Shown here piece by piece: positions 11,675 to 25,047 of a stretch of DNA of 64,000 bases. The DNA is taken from assembly GCA_002269645.1 (NCBI GenBank), contig NIVC01000934.1, forward strand, positions 186,001 to 250,000, read 5' to 3'. This DNA is from Macrostomum lignano. Taxonomy: Eukaryota. Below the pieces are notes generated by a model. That model saw only the letters and a program-made list of their open reading frames with translations. It ran no database searches and was not told the origin of the DNA. The translations under genes and the position numbers were made by a program. Each line of letters opens with the position of its first letter. Position 1 is the stretch's first letter.

Positions 11675-14600
11675 ATGGTCCAAAATCTGTCAAAAATGTC
11701 TGCGCGCTCGGGCATCACGGCTTCCAATGTCGTCATGAACAACAGCAGCGGGTCAACGGGCGGCCGCTGCGAGCGCCGGTCGAGGCGGAAGCGCATGAAG
11801 AAGCGCTCGACACCCGAGATTGCCGCCGACTGGTCCAAGGGCAACAAGGAGGCCAGGCGGAGCGAGTCCCAAATGTTCTGCCACCTGGCGGAGTCGCCGG
11901 CTAGCTCTGAGGATAACAGCGAGATAGAGATTCCGCACTCGGTAAGGCTAAGAGAAATATCCTGTTATAGCGTTTTACCCTGTTTTACCCGGCAATCTCG
12001 ACTTAATTTCTCTATGCTTTACCCTTGCCCTTGGCCTTAGTATCTACTGAACTTCAGCTTGTTAGCGCCAGATATCATGATGGGTTTTCCTTCGCTCGCT
12101 GCCTTACCCTCGGGTCTAGCATAACATAAGGCAAAGACAAACTTGCACAGTGCATACACAACACTTTTAGTAATAGCAAGCAATAGTAAAGCAATCCGTC
12201 ACTCAACCTCTCCATTGCATGTTGGAGGCGGTGGGCAGAGACGTCGTGACTGGCATAAATTCGATAATATAATACCTGTGCCATATGGGTTGGGGGGAGG
12301 GGGGCTGTGCCTGTGCCCGAGCTCCCTATTCAAAAACCCCAATGAGCAATGAGGGGCTGCTTGTCCTGCGACCTTTGGACTAGACAGACACACATGTCAC
12401 GTGGCTCTGACAAAAACGATGGGGTTTTGGATTGGAACCAAGACGGAGATCGGATCCACCTGGGGTGGGGTAGATTTGCCGAACAAAGAAGAACTTTCAT
12501 ATTTAAGCTTATTCTGAACTAACTGGTCCAAGTTTTCGAAGTCACTGCCTGCAGTCCCTGCAGATAGTAACCTGTAGCTAGCCTAGCTATGCCTAATACG
12601 TGGCTTCTGCTTTGTCGCTTGCACAAATAAACAGAAATCCTGCCCCAGAGGCTCTTGTCATCATTAGCATACTTTCTCTCTGGACTGCGGGACCGGCCCG
12701 GGCGTAAATATTTCAGCAGACCAAAAACCAGATAACTGACAAAGAATCCTTATCACCTAAAGGTTAAGACTATGCTTTTTCCCACTATCTCATGTCCAGC
12801 TGCATCAGCAAATAGATTGATTGTATTGTTGCCAAGGAAATATTGTGCAATTACTTATTATTATTCACTTGCCCCAATTTTCAGACCAATGTTGGCGTTA
12901 GTCCCTCTTTGCCGAAGGATTTCGAGGAGAATCTGGAAAAGCTGCTAGACAGCGAGCTGTTGTACCACCCGAAGGCTGATCCGCTGTTCCGCATCAATGC
13001 GGTGAGTCACTTTACTGACATTCCAGCCCTATCTATAATGAAATGAATCGGTACTTTCCACATTGATTATGCTAATTAATTCAAAAAAACCCAACTTCAA
13101 TTTCTTTCAGGCCTGCGAGGACAAAGTTGATGCCATACTGCGCAATGAGGCCATATTCAACCTGCGCTTCCTGCACAAGTTCTACAACCTGGCGCCGGAG
13201 TGCTTCGCTCATGCCGTGAACATCTCCGATCGTTTCATAATGAAGATCAAGGTAAGCTTTCTACAGTTAAAAACTTCACATAATTATTATATTAATATAC
13301 GCATCTAATTATGCCACTAATTGTCCTTTACTTGATCATTATTTCAGGTTAAGCCAAAGTACATGGCCTGCGTTGCAACAGCCGCCTATCTGATCGCCTG
13401 CAAGATGATCGAGGACCCAGAGGTAAGCTTTGCTTGCAATTTGCATCACATGACCAAGTTAATTGACTTCTTATCTTACCAACTTTATTGGTCCCCGCGA
13501 CTTGTTCAGTTCAATTTAGGTTTGAGCCTCTGACTTCCTTTGTGCCCGTCTTATAATGACCGCCTCAGTTCGCTTGTTTATTGGCTTGCACTTTTATTAT
13601 CCGTCCTCGTGTTAGGGCAGCGCACAGCATGGGAGGCATTGCTATTTCAGTGCCCTGTGCAAATAAAATGGCACGTCGGGAGTGACGGCCCATCGCGTCT
13701 CACGCCTCCCCCCCCCCCCCCCTACTGTTTTTTGGTTCGGCTGAACTGAACTTTCAACCGAACGCAGATCGGAGTGTGGGTTCCTTTCTATGTACTGACG
13801 ACCCCATCTAGGCCTCCCCCTATTCATTTAGCTTTAGCAGTTAAGTTTCGACTGGGCTTGTTGTGGGCTGAGTGTGGACCGTGTGTGTGTGTGTGTGTGT
13901 GTGTGCGGGAGCCAAATGAGTCACTTTAACACTCGGTCTGCGCCTGTAGCTTCACTAGTGGAAATTTTATTGCTAAAAATAGGCACAATAATTCTAGAAT
14001 ATTCTCTGAGATTCCCCCTTTCCCCAAAGAATTCTATTGAACAAGAGATTTTTAGTGTGTTGAACCAAATATAGAAGTCTGCTATTTATTAAAGGAGTTT
14101 CCCCTCTGCCTCGTCAAATTTTCTTTTTTCTAGTTTTTCTAGGCTAAATCTAATAACTAAAGGTTGACCAGAAATCTGGGTTTATACACTCATTCTAAAA
14201 ATAGGACCTGTTCACCTTTAAAAAGATACACTGAATCTAAATTTTAAGACGAAGATCATTTATTTTATTACTTTTCAGGACTGGCCATCGCCAGAGAAGC
14301 TGGTCAGCGTTGCTCGTTGCGGCGGCTCTCCCAGCGATCTGGAGCGCATGGAGGGCATTATTCGGACTAAGCTAGGCGACCCCATCGTGCCTCCAATGGA
14401 GCTGGCCGTCACTCCGCTGCACTTTCTGCAGCTGCTGCAGCCGCTTTTCCCCAGCGCCAAGAGCTACCAGCGAGCTATTGGCGACCTGGAGATTTGCCTG
14501 TGCTCAGTGGCCGTCTACAGTTTCCGGCCCGCCGTGTTGGCCCTGTGCATCGCTGGCCGCTACCTGGACGACTGCGACTCCGCCGCGATCGCCTTCATGA

Positions 14601-14979
14601 AGAAGAGGCTGGAGGTGAGAATGCCAGGAAGCAATAAATGTTAGGTCGAATGTTAGATCAACATTTTTGGGATCGTGAAATTGTGTCTCACTTATCATTA
14701 ACGTCAATCGGCCGTAAAAAGGTTATCCCCGAATATCCCCGTAACCCGCCTCAGGTGTCAGACAGCGACCTGTCCGTGTGCTCGGCCCACCTGGAGGTCG
14801 AGAGCCGCCGGGTTCAAAACCGCAGCCCGGCGCCGCGCACCCTGGTCTGGCAGCTCAGCCGCCGCACCATCAGCAACCTGCAGAAGCCGTCGGCCGCCGC
14901 CCAGGCCTCCCTGCTGGACCCGATCCGCGAGGACTGGCTGGAGGAGGACAACCTGGACATCGGGCGCCTGTTCGACTGA
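11675..14979 (+). CDS. CCNG: Cyclin G-like protein (~386 aa), 6 exons: 11675-11941, 12885-13001, 13111-13251, 13348-13422, 14279-14614, 14755-14979
   Basis: All introns GT-AG and phase 0. Cyclin box LRFLHKFYNLAPECFAHAVNISDRFIMKIKVKPKYMACVA...SDLERME and the cyclin-G-type C-terminal LVWQLSRRT are present. The start may instead be the second ATG (MSARS). Confidence 0.88.
13880..13905. repeat. (GT)n microsatellite in cyclin intron 4
   Basis: Visible. Confidence 0.9.
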
Positions 14980-17039
14980 GTCTGGGATTTGGGATAAATA
15001 TCCCCCCAGACAGCTGCAGCCTCTGACTGTTAATTTGAGTCCCTGAAAAATGGAATCTGTGTTTATTTCTTGTTTCTTAGCCCTCTGCCTCTCTCACGTC
15101 TCTGCTTCTGTCCGCTGCTGCTTGCGCACTGCTGTCAATTGCTGTGTATTTTGCTTCTTGTCTTCTGCTTGCTGTGCTGTTTGTTGGCTCCCGCGTCTCT
15201 CCCCGATATCTCAAAGCTCGAAAGAAGAAAAAGAAGAAAAATGCAACTGCTTTTTTTCTGTGTACATTTTCTATTTTGCACCGCTCCGTCTGTATGTTAA
15301 TAACTGTGGCAAAAAATCCAACAAAAATTGTGATAAAATATTCCGGTCCCGTCAGTACTCGAAGCCAGCTGGCTTGCTGCAACATGTCTTTATGTATTTA
15401 TGTTAATTAGCTAATTAGCGTACTACAGGATCAGATATTCTCAAGATGCCCGACTGTTCCTGATGATGGAGCTCGCCACTCCCTCCTGCTGTACTCTGTT
15501 GCTGTTCCCTAACTGCTGTTGTGTTTTTAGCCATCTCCTGGGCCGGCCTGTTCACAGTTTTCAGACAGTTATTCACTGTTCCGTGTTGCTTTTGTCTTCT
15601 TTTACTGCTTGCCATTTGCGACACAGGCGGCGCAGCACAAATTAGCCCCGAGAGCTTTCCCGACCTGTTCAAATCTGCTTCACGATAATAAGTTCTTGTC
15701 GGCCTGCGTTTTTTGCTCCACAAGTTGCTTTGATGCACTGCAAATGTTTTCCCCTCTGTCCTGTTTGTCCAAGGGCGGCCTGAGTGCAAAAGCTGAGTCG
15801 GCGGCGGTGCTCAAGAGCTGAGCAGGGGGGGGGGGGCAGCCCCCCTCCATCCTCCCGACGCCACGAGTCTGCCACGTGTAAATAGTGGAAAAATCCCCTA
15901 TATCCTGTTATTGAAATCCCCAAAAAGGTTCACAATGTCTAACAGAACTCCGAAGCTGAAATTCCCCAAGTGGGATTTGAGTCGCTATACCTATAAGGAT
16001 TTTAATCCCCGTGTCCAGTTCTGTAACATATCCCAAAATCTATATCTGAAAAGGAACTTTAATAATCCCTGGACTGAGATTCTAATCCTTTACTTAATTA
16101 ATAAGATCCCTAAAAAGTGATGAAATCTGGGATCAGAGCGCTCGCGGCCCCTCAAATATTATTAATTATATTGTTACTATAAACTCACAGAGCATTTACT
16201 TATTATTATTACTAATCCGATATCGCTGTGCCTGTCTGAGTGACAGGGTGCCTCTACTCTCCTAAGCACCGATAGTTCTCTTTCTAAGAAAACTATATAA
16301 TCTTTTTTAAACGAATAATTAATTGATTTGCTGTTTTTTAGTTTTTGTTTAAGTCTGCTAAGTCAAAGCATATCAACGTGAGACTGCGACCCCTTGAGTT
16401 TTAGTATTTTTCTCTACTGAAGCGTGTAATAACTATAATAATAAATATTTTTATACCTGAACTCATCTCTTTCAGTCTGGTGGCCCAGCCGAAGCCAACA
16501 AGCATTCGCTCCCCGCCCCTCCATATTCGCTCTTCTCTTATCGTTGTCCTGTTGTAAAAAAAGCAAATAAAATTTGCAAAAATCTAAAAAGAGAAACTCA
16601 TGCTTTCTCAAATATATAGTATTATTACAGTGCTGCAGCAGCTAGCTATATAAGCAAAATGCTTTTCCAAAGCAAAAATATCATTGCAGTGTCCTTCGGC
16701 TTCCTTTCTTTCTTTTCTACTCGTATTTTGCCCTCTGCTATGACGAAACCCTCCGTATTTGTTGTGTTTGCAATTCTCTGATGCTAAAAATAGAACTGCC
16801 GTCACGGCCGCCCCCGGCCCCCATGCGTGCCAGCCCATGCAGCTCTGCAGTGCCTCCCCAGCGGGTAGAGAGAAAACGGGGGAGATCTTAGTTCGGTTAT
16901 TTGGCTGAGCAAAATGCAATTTGATAGTGCTTTGCTGGGGTATTCCTCTGCATTCCTATGGTAGTGTTTTTAATAATCATTCTACTCGTACTCAAATTTT
17001 GAGCTGAAAACTCGAATCGTTATACACGGATAATATTTT

Positions 17040-17665
17040 TTATTCACAGACCCGATTTTTCATTCACAGACCCGATTTTTCATTCATAGACCCGATGTTG
17101 CATTCACAGACCCGATGTTTCATTCACAGACCCGATGTTTCATTCACAGACCCGATCCTTTATTCACAGACTCGATTTTTCATTCACAGACCCGATCCTT
17201 TATTCACAGACCCGATGTTTCATTCACAGACCCGATCCTTTATTCACAGACCCGATGTTTCATTCACAGACCCGATGTTTCATTCACAGACCCGATCCTT
17301 TATTCACAGACTCGATTTTTCATTCACAGACCCGATCCTTTATTCACAGACTCGATTTTTCATTCACAGACCCGATCCTTTATTCACAGACTCGATTTTT
17401 CATTCACAGACCCGATTTTTCATCCACAGACCCGATCCTTTATTCACAGACCCGATTTTTCATCCACAGACCCGATCCTTTATTCACAGACTCGATGTTT
17501 TATTCACAGACGAGTTTCATTCACAGACACGATGCTTTATTCACAGACCCGATATTTTATTCACAGACCTGATGTTTCATTCACAGACCCGATGTTTCAT
17601 TCACAGACCAGATATTTTCATTCACAGACACGATGCTTCATTCACAGACCCGATATTTGTTTCAC
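17040..17665. repeat. Minisatellite, 20-bp unit (TTCATTCACAGACCCGATGT and variants)
   Basis: About 30 tandem units. Confidence 0.97.
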
Positions 17666-19616
17666 AGAAGTAACTTCGAAACCTCATTCACTAGACCCAA
17701 ATCTTCACTCGCTTTTCTCCCATTCAACTCAGCCCCTCACCCAGCCTCGCACGCATCTGTTGCCACAGCTTGCATGCCACGAAGCAAAGCGAGTATCGAG
17801 TTCTCAGTTTATTTATTACTCAAACTTGTAAACTTGGGCGGGACCATAAAACACCGAACAAAATGCCAGTATAAGGTCAGTGAGCGGTTTTAGGTGGCTG
17901 CAGAATGGTCTGATGTAACTATAGAATATTGCATTGGGTCCCGTGGGCGGGCGGGGGGCGCCACCCCGAGTCCTTGAGTCGGTCTTCTTGTGCAGCAGCA
18001 GTTTGACCTAGGGAAGAATGCGAAAGCTCGATGAGAAAGAGCTCTGCGTGCGGTTCGGCCGCCCCCCCCCCTAGTCTCGAGACGGTGGGGGTGGCGCTTG
18101 GCTGTAAAGCTCGTAAACAAGAAAACAGAATTGTATTGTATAAACTGCTTCAGCAGAAATTAAGAAGATTGCCCTGCCCAGGGGGCTCACCCGGCAAAAT
18201 AATGACTTGAGTCCAGTTGAAAAGTGCAGCCAAGGCAGACTGGCGGGCCCGCAGCCTCAGGTGACGCTCGTTAATCATAGTTCAGCTTCTGACGAAATTT
18301 CTAAAAATATGCATGGTATCTGGCATCCACACCTGAGAGTTTTGGTACCTTTTAATAAGGAGGCACAGAAATAGCTGGCTGCAGAATACTTTTTTATCTG
18401 TCTTAATGTCATTTATTAAATTAGAAACACGTCAGTTTAAATTTTAGCCTTACTTATTTCACTAAAAGCTTGGATTGTGTAGGTTTTAAAAATGGACTTA
18501 GTGCAGGCTGTGCAGCTTCCATACAGAGCTTATGGTGGCTATTTTTGAGCCGGCTTCTCAGCATGGGAGGATTTGGGAGTGTTGGGCTGGGGGATTTGCA
18601 GCACTGCATTGCTCGGCAATTGATTCATTGATCCCCAGACTGCGCAGGCCATGAACTGCAATGCACAGCCCTGAGCATGCTGGCATGGGGTTCTGCTGTC
18701 AGTGTGAGCTGCAGCTCCAGTTGAAATTTATGGCCCTGCAGCCGACTGCCCAGGGCAGCCCTGATCCCCTCTATAGGGGATTAAAGCATGGAGTCAAAGT
18801 CAAGATTAAACAAAGATATGGAGCCTGACAAATGTAAAGAAAGCTATTTTTGATAAATAATTACCTTAGCTACACGGGACATCATTCTCACAATTTCCTA
18901 CTATCAGCATAAAGTCAGTAGTAATGCGCAAAAATTGTTCTGCGCGAGAAACAAAAAATTTATTAAAATTTTACTATTTTAGCAGTAAAATCATTGTTTT
19001 GTCTTCTCATTGTTCTGCCCGAAAGCCATTTTTATGATTTTTTCGGCACGGGACATTGTAGCTCGTACGTAATATATAATATTAACCTTACAATCCTTAT
19101 TTTCTAAACAAAAAACCAATTCATACCTAAAGATAAACATTGAGTCTGCCCGCCATCAAAAGCAATTACAAATTGAAAAAGAAAACCTCCATTTTCCGTA
19201 GCGTATTTTTCGGTAACAAAGGCCTTCTAAAATTTTCCTTGAAACGAAGTTTCCAGTCCTACTTGAGTAGTCCTTGAGCAGAAGAAATTCAATTTTCGGG
19301 ATTGATAAGCTGAGATCAGAACCTGCTGCTTCCAGGTGAGAATCAGTCGGTTGCCACCTGCCTGATCGAACTTGACTCTCTTCCTGACTGACAGCTCCAG
19401 TCGGAAAGGGAACAAAGGAGGAAGGAGCACAGTTCGTGACAAGAGTCGAGTTTCACTCTTAGAAAAGCTTCTCCTTAGGGAAATATTTAGGGAAAAAATT
19501 GAAGACTTTTGAAGGCTTTCTTCCGATCATCAAAGGACAAATTCGAATTTAGAATGAGTATATTGGGTAGTTAAATACCTTGAATTCCAGATCGAAATGT
19601 GCAAGGCATCATTAAA

Positions 19617-21295
19617 TCAGTGAGGAATTGACTCAGTGAGGAATTGACTCAGTTAGGAATTGACTCAGTGAGGAATTGACTCAGTAAGGAACTTGACTCA
19701 GTGAGGAATTGACTCAGTGAGGAATTGACTCAGTGAGGAATTGACTCAGTGAGGAATTGACTCAGTGAGGAATTGACTCAGTGAGGAATTGACTCAGTGA
19801 GGAATTGACTCAGTGAGGAATTGATTTAGTGATGAATTGACTCAGTGAGGAATTGACTCAGTGAGGAATTGACTCAGTGAGGAATTGACTCAGTGAGGAA
19901 TTGATTTAGTGATGAATTGACTCAGTGAGGAATTGACTCAGTGAGGAATTGATTTAGTGATGAATTGACTCAGTGAGGAATTGACTCAGTGAGGAATTGA
20001 CTCAGTGAGGAATTGACTCAGTGAGGAATTGACTCAGTGAGGAATTGACTCAGTGAGGAATTGACTCAGTGAGGAATTGACTCAGTGAGGAATTGACTCA
20101 GTTAGGAATTGACTCAGTTAGGAATTGACTCAGTGAGGAATTGACTCAGTGAGGAATTGACTCAGTGAGGAATTGACTCAGTGAGGAATTGACTCAGTTA
20201 GGAATTGACTCAGTGAGGAATTGATTTAGTGATGAATTGACTCAGTGAGGAATTGACTCAGTGAGGAATTGACTCAGTGAGGAATTGACTCAGTGAGGAA
20301 TTGACTCAGTGAGGAATTGACTCAGTGAGGAATTGACTCAGTGAGGAATTGATTTAGTGATGAATTGACTCAGTGAGGAATTGACTCAGTGAGGAATTGA
20401 CTCAGTGAGGAATTGACTCAGTGAGGAATTGACTCAGTGAGGAATTGACTCAGTGAGGAATTGATTTAGTGATGAATTGACTCAGTGAGGAATTGACTCA
20501 GTGAGGAATTGATTTAGTGATGAATTGACTCAGTGAGGAATTGACTCAGTGAGGAATTGACTCAGTGAGGAATTGACTCAGTGAGGAATTGACTCAGTGA
20601 GGAATTGACTCAGTGAGGAATTGACTCAGTGAGGAATTGACTCAGTGAGGAATTGACTCAGTTAGGAATTGACTCAGTTAGGAATTGACTCAGTGAGGAA
20701 TTGACTCAGTGAGGAATTGACTCAGTGAGGAATTGACTCAGTGAGGAATTGACTCAGTTAGGAATTGACTCAGTGAGGAATTGATTTAGTGATGAATTGA
20801 CTCAGTGAGGAATTGACTCAGTGAGGAATTGACTCAGTGAGGAATTGACTCAGTGAGGAATTGACTCAGTGAGGAATTGACTCAGTGAGGAATTGACTCA
20901 GTGAGGAATTGACTCAGTGAGGAATTGACTCAGTGAGGAATTGACTCAGTGAGGAATTGACTCAGTGAGGAATTGACTCAGTGAGGAATTGATTTAGTGA
21001 TGAATTGACTCAGTGAGGAATTGACTCAGTGAGGAATTGACTCAGTGAGGAATTGACTCAGTGAGGAATTGATTTAGTGATGAATTGACTCACTGATGAA
21101 TTGACTCAGTGAGGAATTGACTCAGTGAGGAATTGACTCAGTGAGGAATTTGACTCAGTGAAGAATTTGACTCAGTGAGGAATTGACTCAGTGAGGAATT
21201 GACTCAGTGAGGAATTGACTCAGTGAGGAATTGACTCAGTGAGGAATTGGCTCGTGAGGAATTGACACAATAAGAAGTTGACTATGTGAGGAATT
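19617..21295. repeat. Satellite, 16-bp unit (GTGAGGAATTGACTCA), ~104 copies
   Basis: Highly homogeneous tandem array with recurrent variant units. Confidence 0.99.
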
Positions 21296-21366
21296 TAGTT
21301 ACATTTAGTCATAAGGTTATTTATAACATTTATTCTGTATTATAATAACAGTAAACAGCTAACAAC

Positions 21367-21582
21367 AAAGGATTATAACAGCTAAAAGTAAAGGATTATA
21401 ACAGCTAAATCAAAGGATTATAACAGCAAAATCAAAGGATTATAACAGCTAAATCAAAGGATTATAACAGCTAAATCAAAGGATTATAACAGCTAAATCA
21501 ACGGATTATAACAGCTAAATCAACGGATTATAACAGCTAAATCAAAGGATTATAACAACAAAAAGTAAAGGATTATAACAAC
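21367..21582. repeat. Minisatellite, 22-bp unit (AAAGGATTATAACAGCTAAATC)
   Basis: About 10 tandem units. Confidence 0.95.
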
Positions 21583-21667
21583 TAAAAGTTGATTACTGTA
21601 ACAATAAACAGTAAAAATTTACAAAAGACAAAAGGTGTACAAGAGGTTCTAAAAATTCAAGAAACGG

Positions 21668-22882
21668 TCACTGCTTCCTCCCCGTCGCCGCCTCGCTGGT
21701 TGAGGCGTCTCGGCGCGTCGTCGAAGCGGCGCTTCGGTGCTGCGATCGAGAGGCTCCCCCGGACCGGACTTCCGGTAGTTCGTAGGCCACGGCTCGCTGC
21801 CGACTGCCGCTGCGACCGCGGCCGCGGCAGCGGAGCAGCTGCGTGGCGGCCTGCTTGAACTGGGCGCTGCGGGACAGCAGCACGAAGACGCTGACGCACT
21901 GGTTCACCAGGGCCAGGCACATGCTGGAGTAGGCCAGGTTGGCCAACCTAGTTATGTAATTCTCATTCCGAAGGATGTCCATCGTATCCAGAGCCACCTC
22001 CAAGATCGGACGGACGATCATCAGCGGCGCGTGCAGCACCAGGTAGATGCAGCCGAGAATGAGCACGATCATAGTCCCGCTCATGTCGCTTCCGCCCGGC
22101 TGCGGCTGTCCAGAGGTCAGGGCGCTGCGTTTCCTGAGCACAGTGGCAACCTTGTAGATGAGCACCAGGTCAAGCACAAGGATCACGAGAATGAACAGTG
22201 TGGGAGGATTGGAGACGATAGTCGTGAAAAACATCATGAACATCCGGGACTGCGGCAGGTGGTAGCAAGAAACGAAGGCAGCTCCCCGAGCGTAGATGTA
22301 CTGATGCCCGGTGAAGACGATGTTCGGAACGCAGGCGAGCGCTGCCACGAGCAGGCTGAGCAGCAGGGCTCCTGCGGCCCAGCGCCGGCCCACCTGCTTC
22401 AAAGCCAGCGGTCGCAGCACCACCAGCACCCGGTCGCTGACCAGTACCAGGAGCCACAGGCAGGTCAGCAAGTGTAGAAAGTTCGTCAGGCCCCTTGACG
22501 CTCTGCAGGCGATGTCGCTGAGGTTGTACAGCATGAAGGACACCCGGCCTTTGGTCAGCCACGGGAGGCCTTTGTTCACCAAGCCGAACATTCCGCCATT
22601 GACAACCAGCGACAGCAGGTCCGCAAAGGCGATGCAGCCGAGGTACAGGTTCTGCCTGGTGAGCGGCCGAAGGCGAGCCAGCATGACCACGGCAACCAGG
22701 ATGTTTCCCACGGTTCCAACCAGGAGCAGCACTGGCATGACTACGGCAGAGAGAGCTCCGGACACGATGGACAGGACGCAGTTGGTCATGCGAGAGGCCT
22801 TCCCGCTGGCGCAGTCTCTCACCATTCCCAGGCCGCTCTCAAGAAACTGCACTCGCAGCGGGGCGCTGACATTGACGTTCAT
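21668..22882 (-). CDS. Intronless class A (rhodopsin-like) GPCR, 404 aa (GPCR1)
   Basis: Seven hydrophobic segments; TM1 PVLLLVGTVGN, TM2 LYLGCIAFADL, TM3 Cys and SDRVLVV (DRY-like), ECL2 Cys, N-terminal NVS sequon. Confidence 0.92.
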   Translation of the reverse strand: MNVNVSAPLRVQFLESGLGMVRDCASGKASRMTNCVLSIVSGALSAVVMPVLLLVGTVGNILVAVVMLARLRPLTRQNLYLGCIAFADLLSLVVNGGMFGLVNKGLPWLTKGRVSFMLYNLSDIACRASRGLTNFLHLLTCLWLLVLVSDRVLVVLRPLALKQVGRRWAAGALLLSLLVAALACVPNIVFTGHQYIYARGAAFVSCYHLPQSRMFMMFFTTIVSNPPTLFILVILVLDLVLIYKVATVLRKRSALTSGQPQPGGSDMSGTMIVLILGCIYLVLHAPLMIVRPILEVALDTMDILRNENYITRLANLAYSSMCLALVNQCVSVFVLLSRSAQFKQAATQLLRCRGRGRSGSRQRAVAYELPEVRSGGASRSQHRSAASTTRRDASTSEAATGRKQ

Positions 22883-23199
22883 TGTTCAACCGCTTTAGGC
22901 TTCGGATTGCATGGATGGCAGGTTTTCTGTTTCTTCCATCCACTGCAACTCATTTTATCTATAGTTAGGCGGCTCCGTCCTGATGTTCGAGAATCTTCGT
23001 TGATTCGTTTGAGATATCGACCAATGGTGGCGCAAGTTCCAAGCTGAACTCTGCCTCCGAGTCTTGAAGCATTCGAAGTAGAAGCTAGATGCACAAAAAT
23101 GTGCTTATGGTTTTTAAGCCTATACTACTGCTAGTAGCCAGTTCTATGGATGACAATTTTAGCTTCTCCTGACGAGACTTTAAGGGCGAGGATTTTTCG

Positions 23200-23640
23200 T
23201 GCTGGGATGGCGCTGTGTTGGAGTGGCGCTGTGCTGAGATGGGGCTGTGCTGGGATGGCGCTGTGTTGGAGTGGTGCTGTGCTGAGATTGCGCTGTGTTG
23301 GAGTGGCGCTGTGTTGGAGTGGCGCTGTGTTGGAGTGGCGCTGTGTTGGAGTGGCGCTGTGTTGGAGTGGCGCTGTGTTGGAGTGGCGCTGTGTTGGAGT
23401 GGCGCTGTGTTGGAGTGGCGCTGTGTTGGAGTGGCGCTGTGTTGGAGTGGCGCTGTGTTGGAGTGGCGCTGTGTTGGAGTGGCGCTGTGTTGGAGTGGCG
23501 CTGTGTTGGAGTGGCGCTGTGTTGGAGTGGCGCTGTGTTGGAGTGGCGCTGTGTTGGAGTGGCGCTGTGTTGGAGTGGCGCTGTGTTGGAGTGGCGCTGT
23601 GTTGGAGTGGCGCTGTGTTGGAGTGGCGCTGCGCTAAGAT
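23200..23640. repeat. Minisatellite, 16-bp unit (TTGGAGTGGCGCTGTG)
   Basis: About 27 units with degenerate edges. Confidence 0.97.
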
Positions 23641-24229
23641 GGCGCTGTGCTGGGGTGATGCTGGGGGTTACGCTGGGTGATGCTGAGGTGCTGGGTTGAT
23701 GCTGAGGTGCTGAGTTGATGCTGGGTGATGCTGTGGCGATGCTGGGGTGATGCTTTTGGGCTGGTTCTTCAGGGATATTTTCAGTTTACAAGCGTAGGCG
23801 ACTTTCCTTCGCCACGGTTGAGCAATTAAAGTAGCTTGAAGTAGCCCGTATTAACGTGAAAAGGTCGGCATCACAGCGCAGAATATGACATGCTCCGACT
23901 TTGAGCAGATTCGATGGGGTTGCGAGGGCGATTATTCTTCAGAAACGTTTTGTGAAATTGGAAACTCTTTCAAAAGCATAGAGAGGATGAAATTCTGTTG
24001 GCCCAAAGGCAAGCTATGAATGCCATTTGCTACTCAAGTGTGCTTAAATTTAGAATGGATTTTCTTTCCTAGAGTTTCTGCATGATTTGCGCAAGTTCGC
24101 CAGCTTATTCAAGCACTTAGGATTTGGAATTCTGAGCGTCACCGCTCCTCGGTCAGGAGAAACCGTCTGCTCTGCACACCCGGATGCTTTCGGTCGATTG
24201 AGAAATTTCTGTATTGAAAACGCTGTATT

Positions 24230-24312
24230 GAAGCTGGTGTTGCATTGCAGCTGGTGTTGTATTGCAGCTGGTGTTGCATTGCAGCTGGTGTTGCATTGCA
24301 GCTGGTGCTGCA
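24230..24312. repeat. Short 17-bp tandem repeat (GCTGGTGTTGCATTGCA)
   Basis: About 5 units. Confidence 0.85.
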
Positions 24313-25047
24313 TTCATTCAAGACCTTTGTGCAAAGACGACCTTAGTAGTCCTCGCTGATTTGGCTCACACGACTTTTCCGGTGTTTTAAGCCTCCCAAA
24401 CACGACTGTTAACTGAACCTTTCCTTTGTAACTGAGACTAATGTTGCATGCTCATCTTAAAAAAACTCGAAGTCTATTCGTGTTTCTCAATTCGAGTCAA
24501 AGCTGCACGAACAATATTTGAGAAGGCTGCAACTCGAATCCTTGCTTGGCATCCAATCTCGAAAAAAACTATGCACAGAACAAAGAAAATTTCGTGCACT
24601 TGGCGATGGATATGGGATTTCCGTTCCTCCTCAGAACTTCTGCTTTAGATTTTTTATTAGCTAGATTCCTTTCCGGTAGAGCTAGGTGAAAGTACAAACT
24701 GGACTCCAGAAAATTAATAATTAATGATTAGTAGGATTAAAGCTGATGGGGTTTTGCAGTGTCACGGAGCCAGCAACAGATTTTTCAGTTCACAGGGGCT
24801 CAGAACTCTGCCACAGATCAGGGTGCACGCGCACACGGAGACGTACACGAAGGCACACAGCTCTCACAGGTTGTGCAGAGGCCCTGAGGTATTGGCCCTT
24901 CATTTGCACATCCCTCGACAACCCCAGGCTCGACAACACAGCGGGTTTTGTTCCGTTATTTTAGGGTGCAATTATAGAAATCTTGGTGTGCGTGCGGGTG
25001 CTCGCTAAAAGTACAACGGAAAATCTGTTGAATCTGTCAGTTCTCGT

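Noticed and set aside
17095-17831. Long ORFs over minisatellites (also 23150-23699, 26835-27492, 31010-31871, 40234-40924, 41127-41760, 61192-62054, 62188-63195)
   Set aside because: They stay open only because the repeat units lack stops; the same periodic peptide appears in several frames.
17040-23640. CRISPR-like arrays
   Set aside because: Units are head-to-tail with no unique spacers and there are no cas genes; the context is eukaryotic, so these are satellites.
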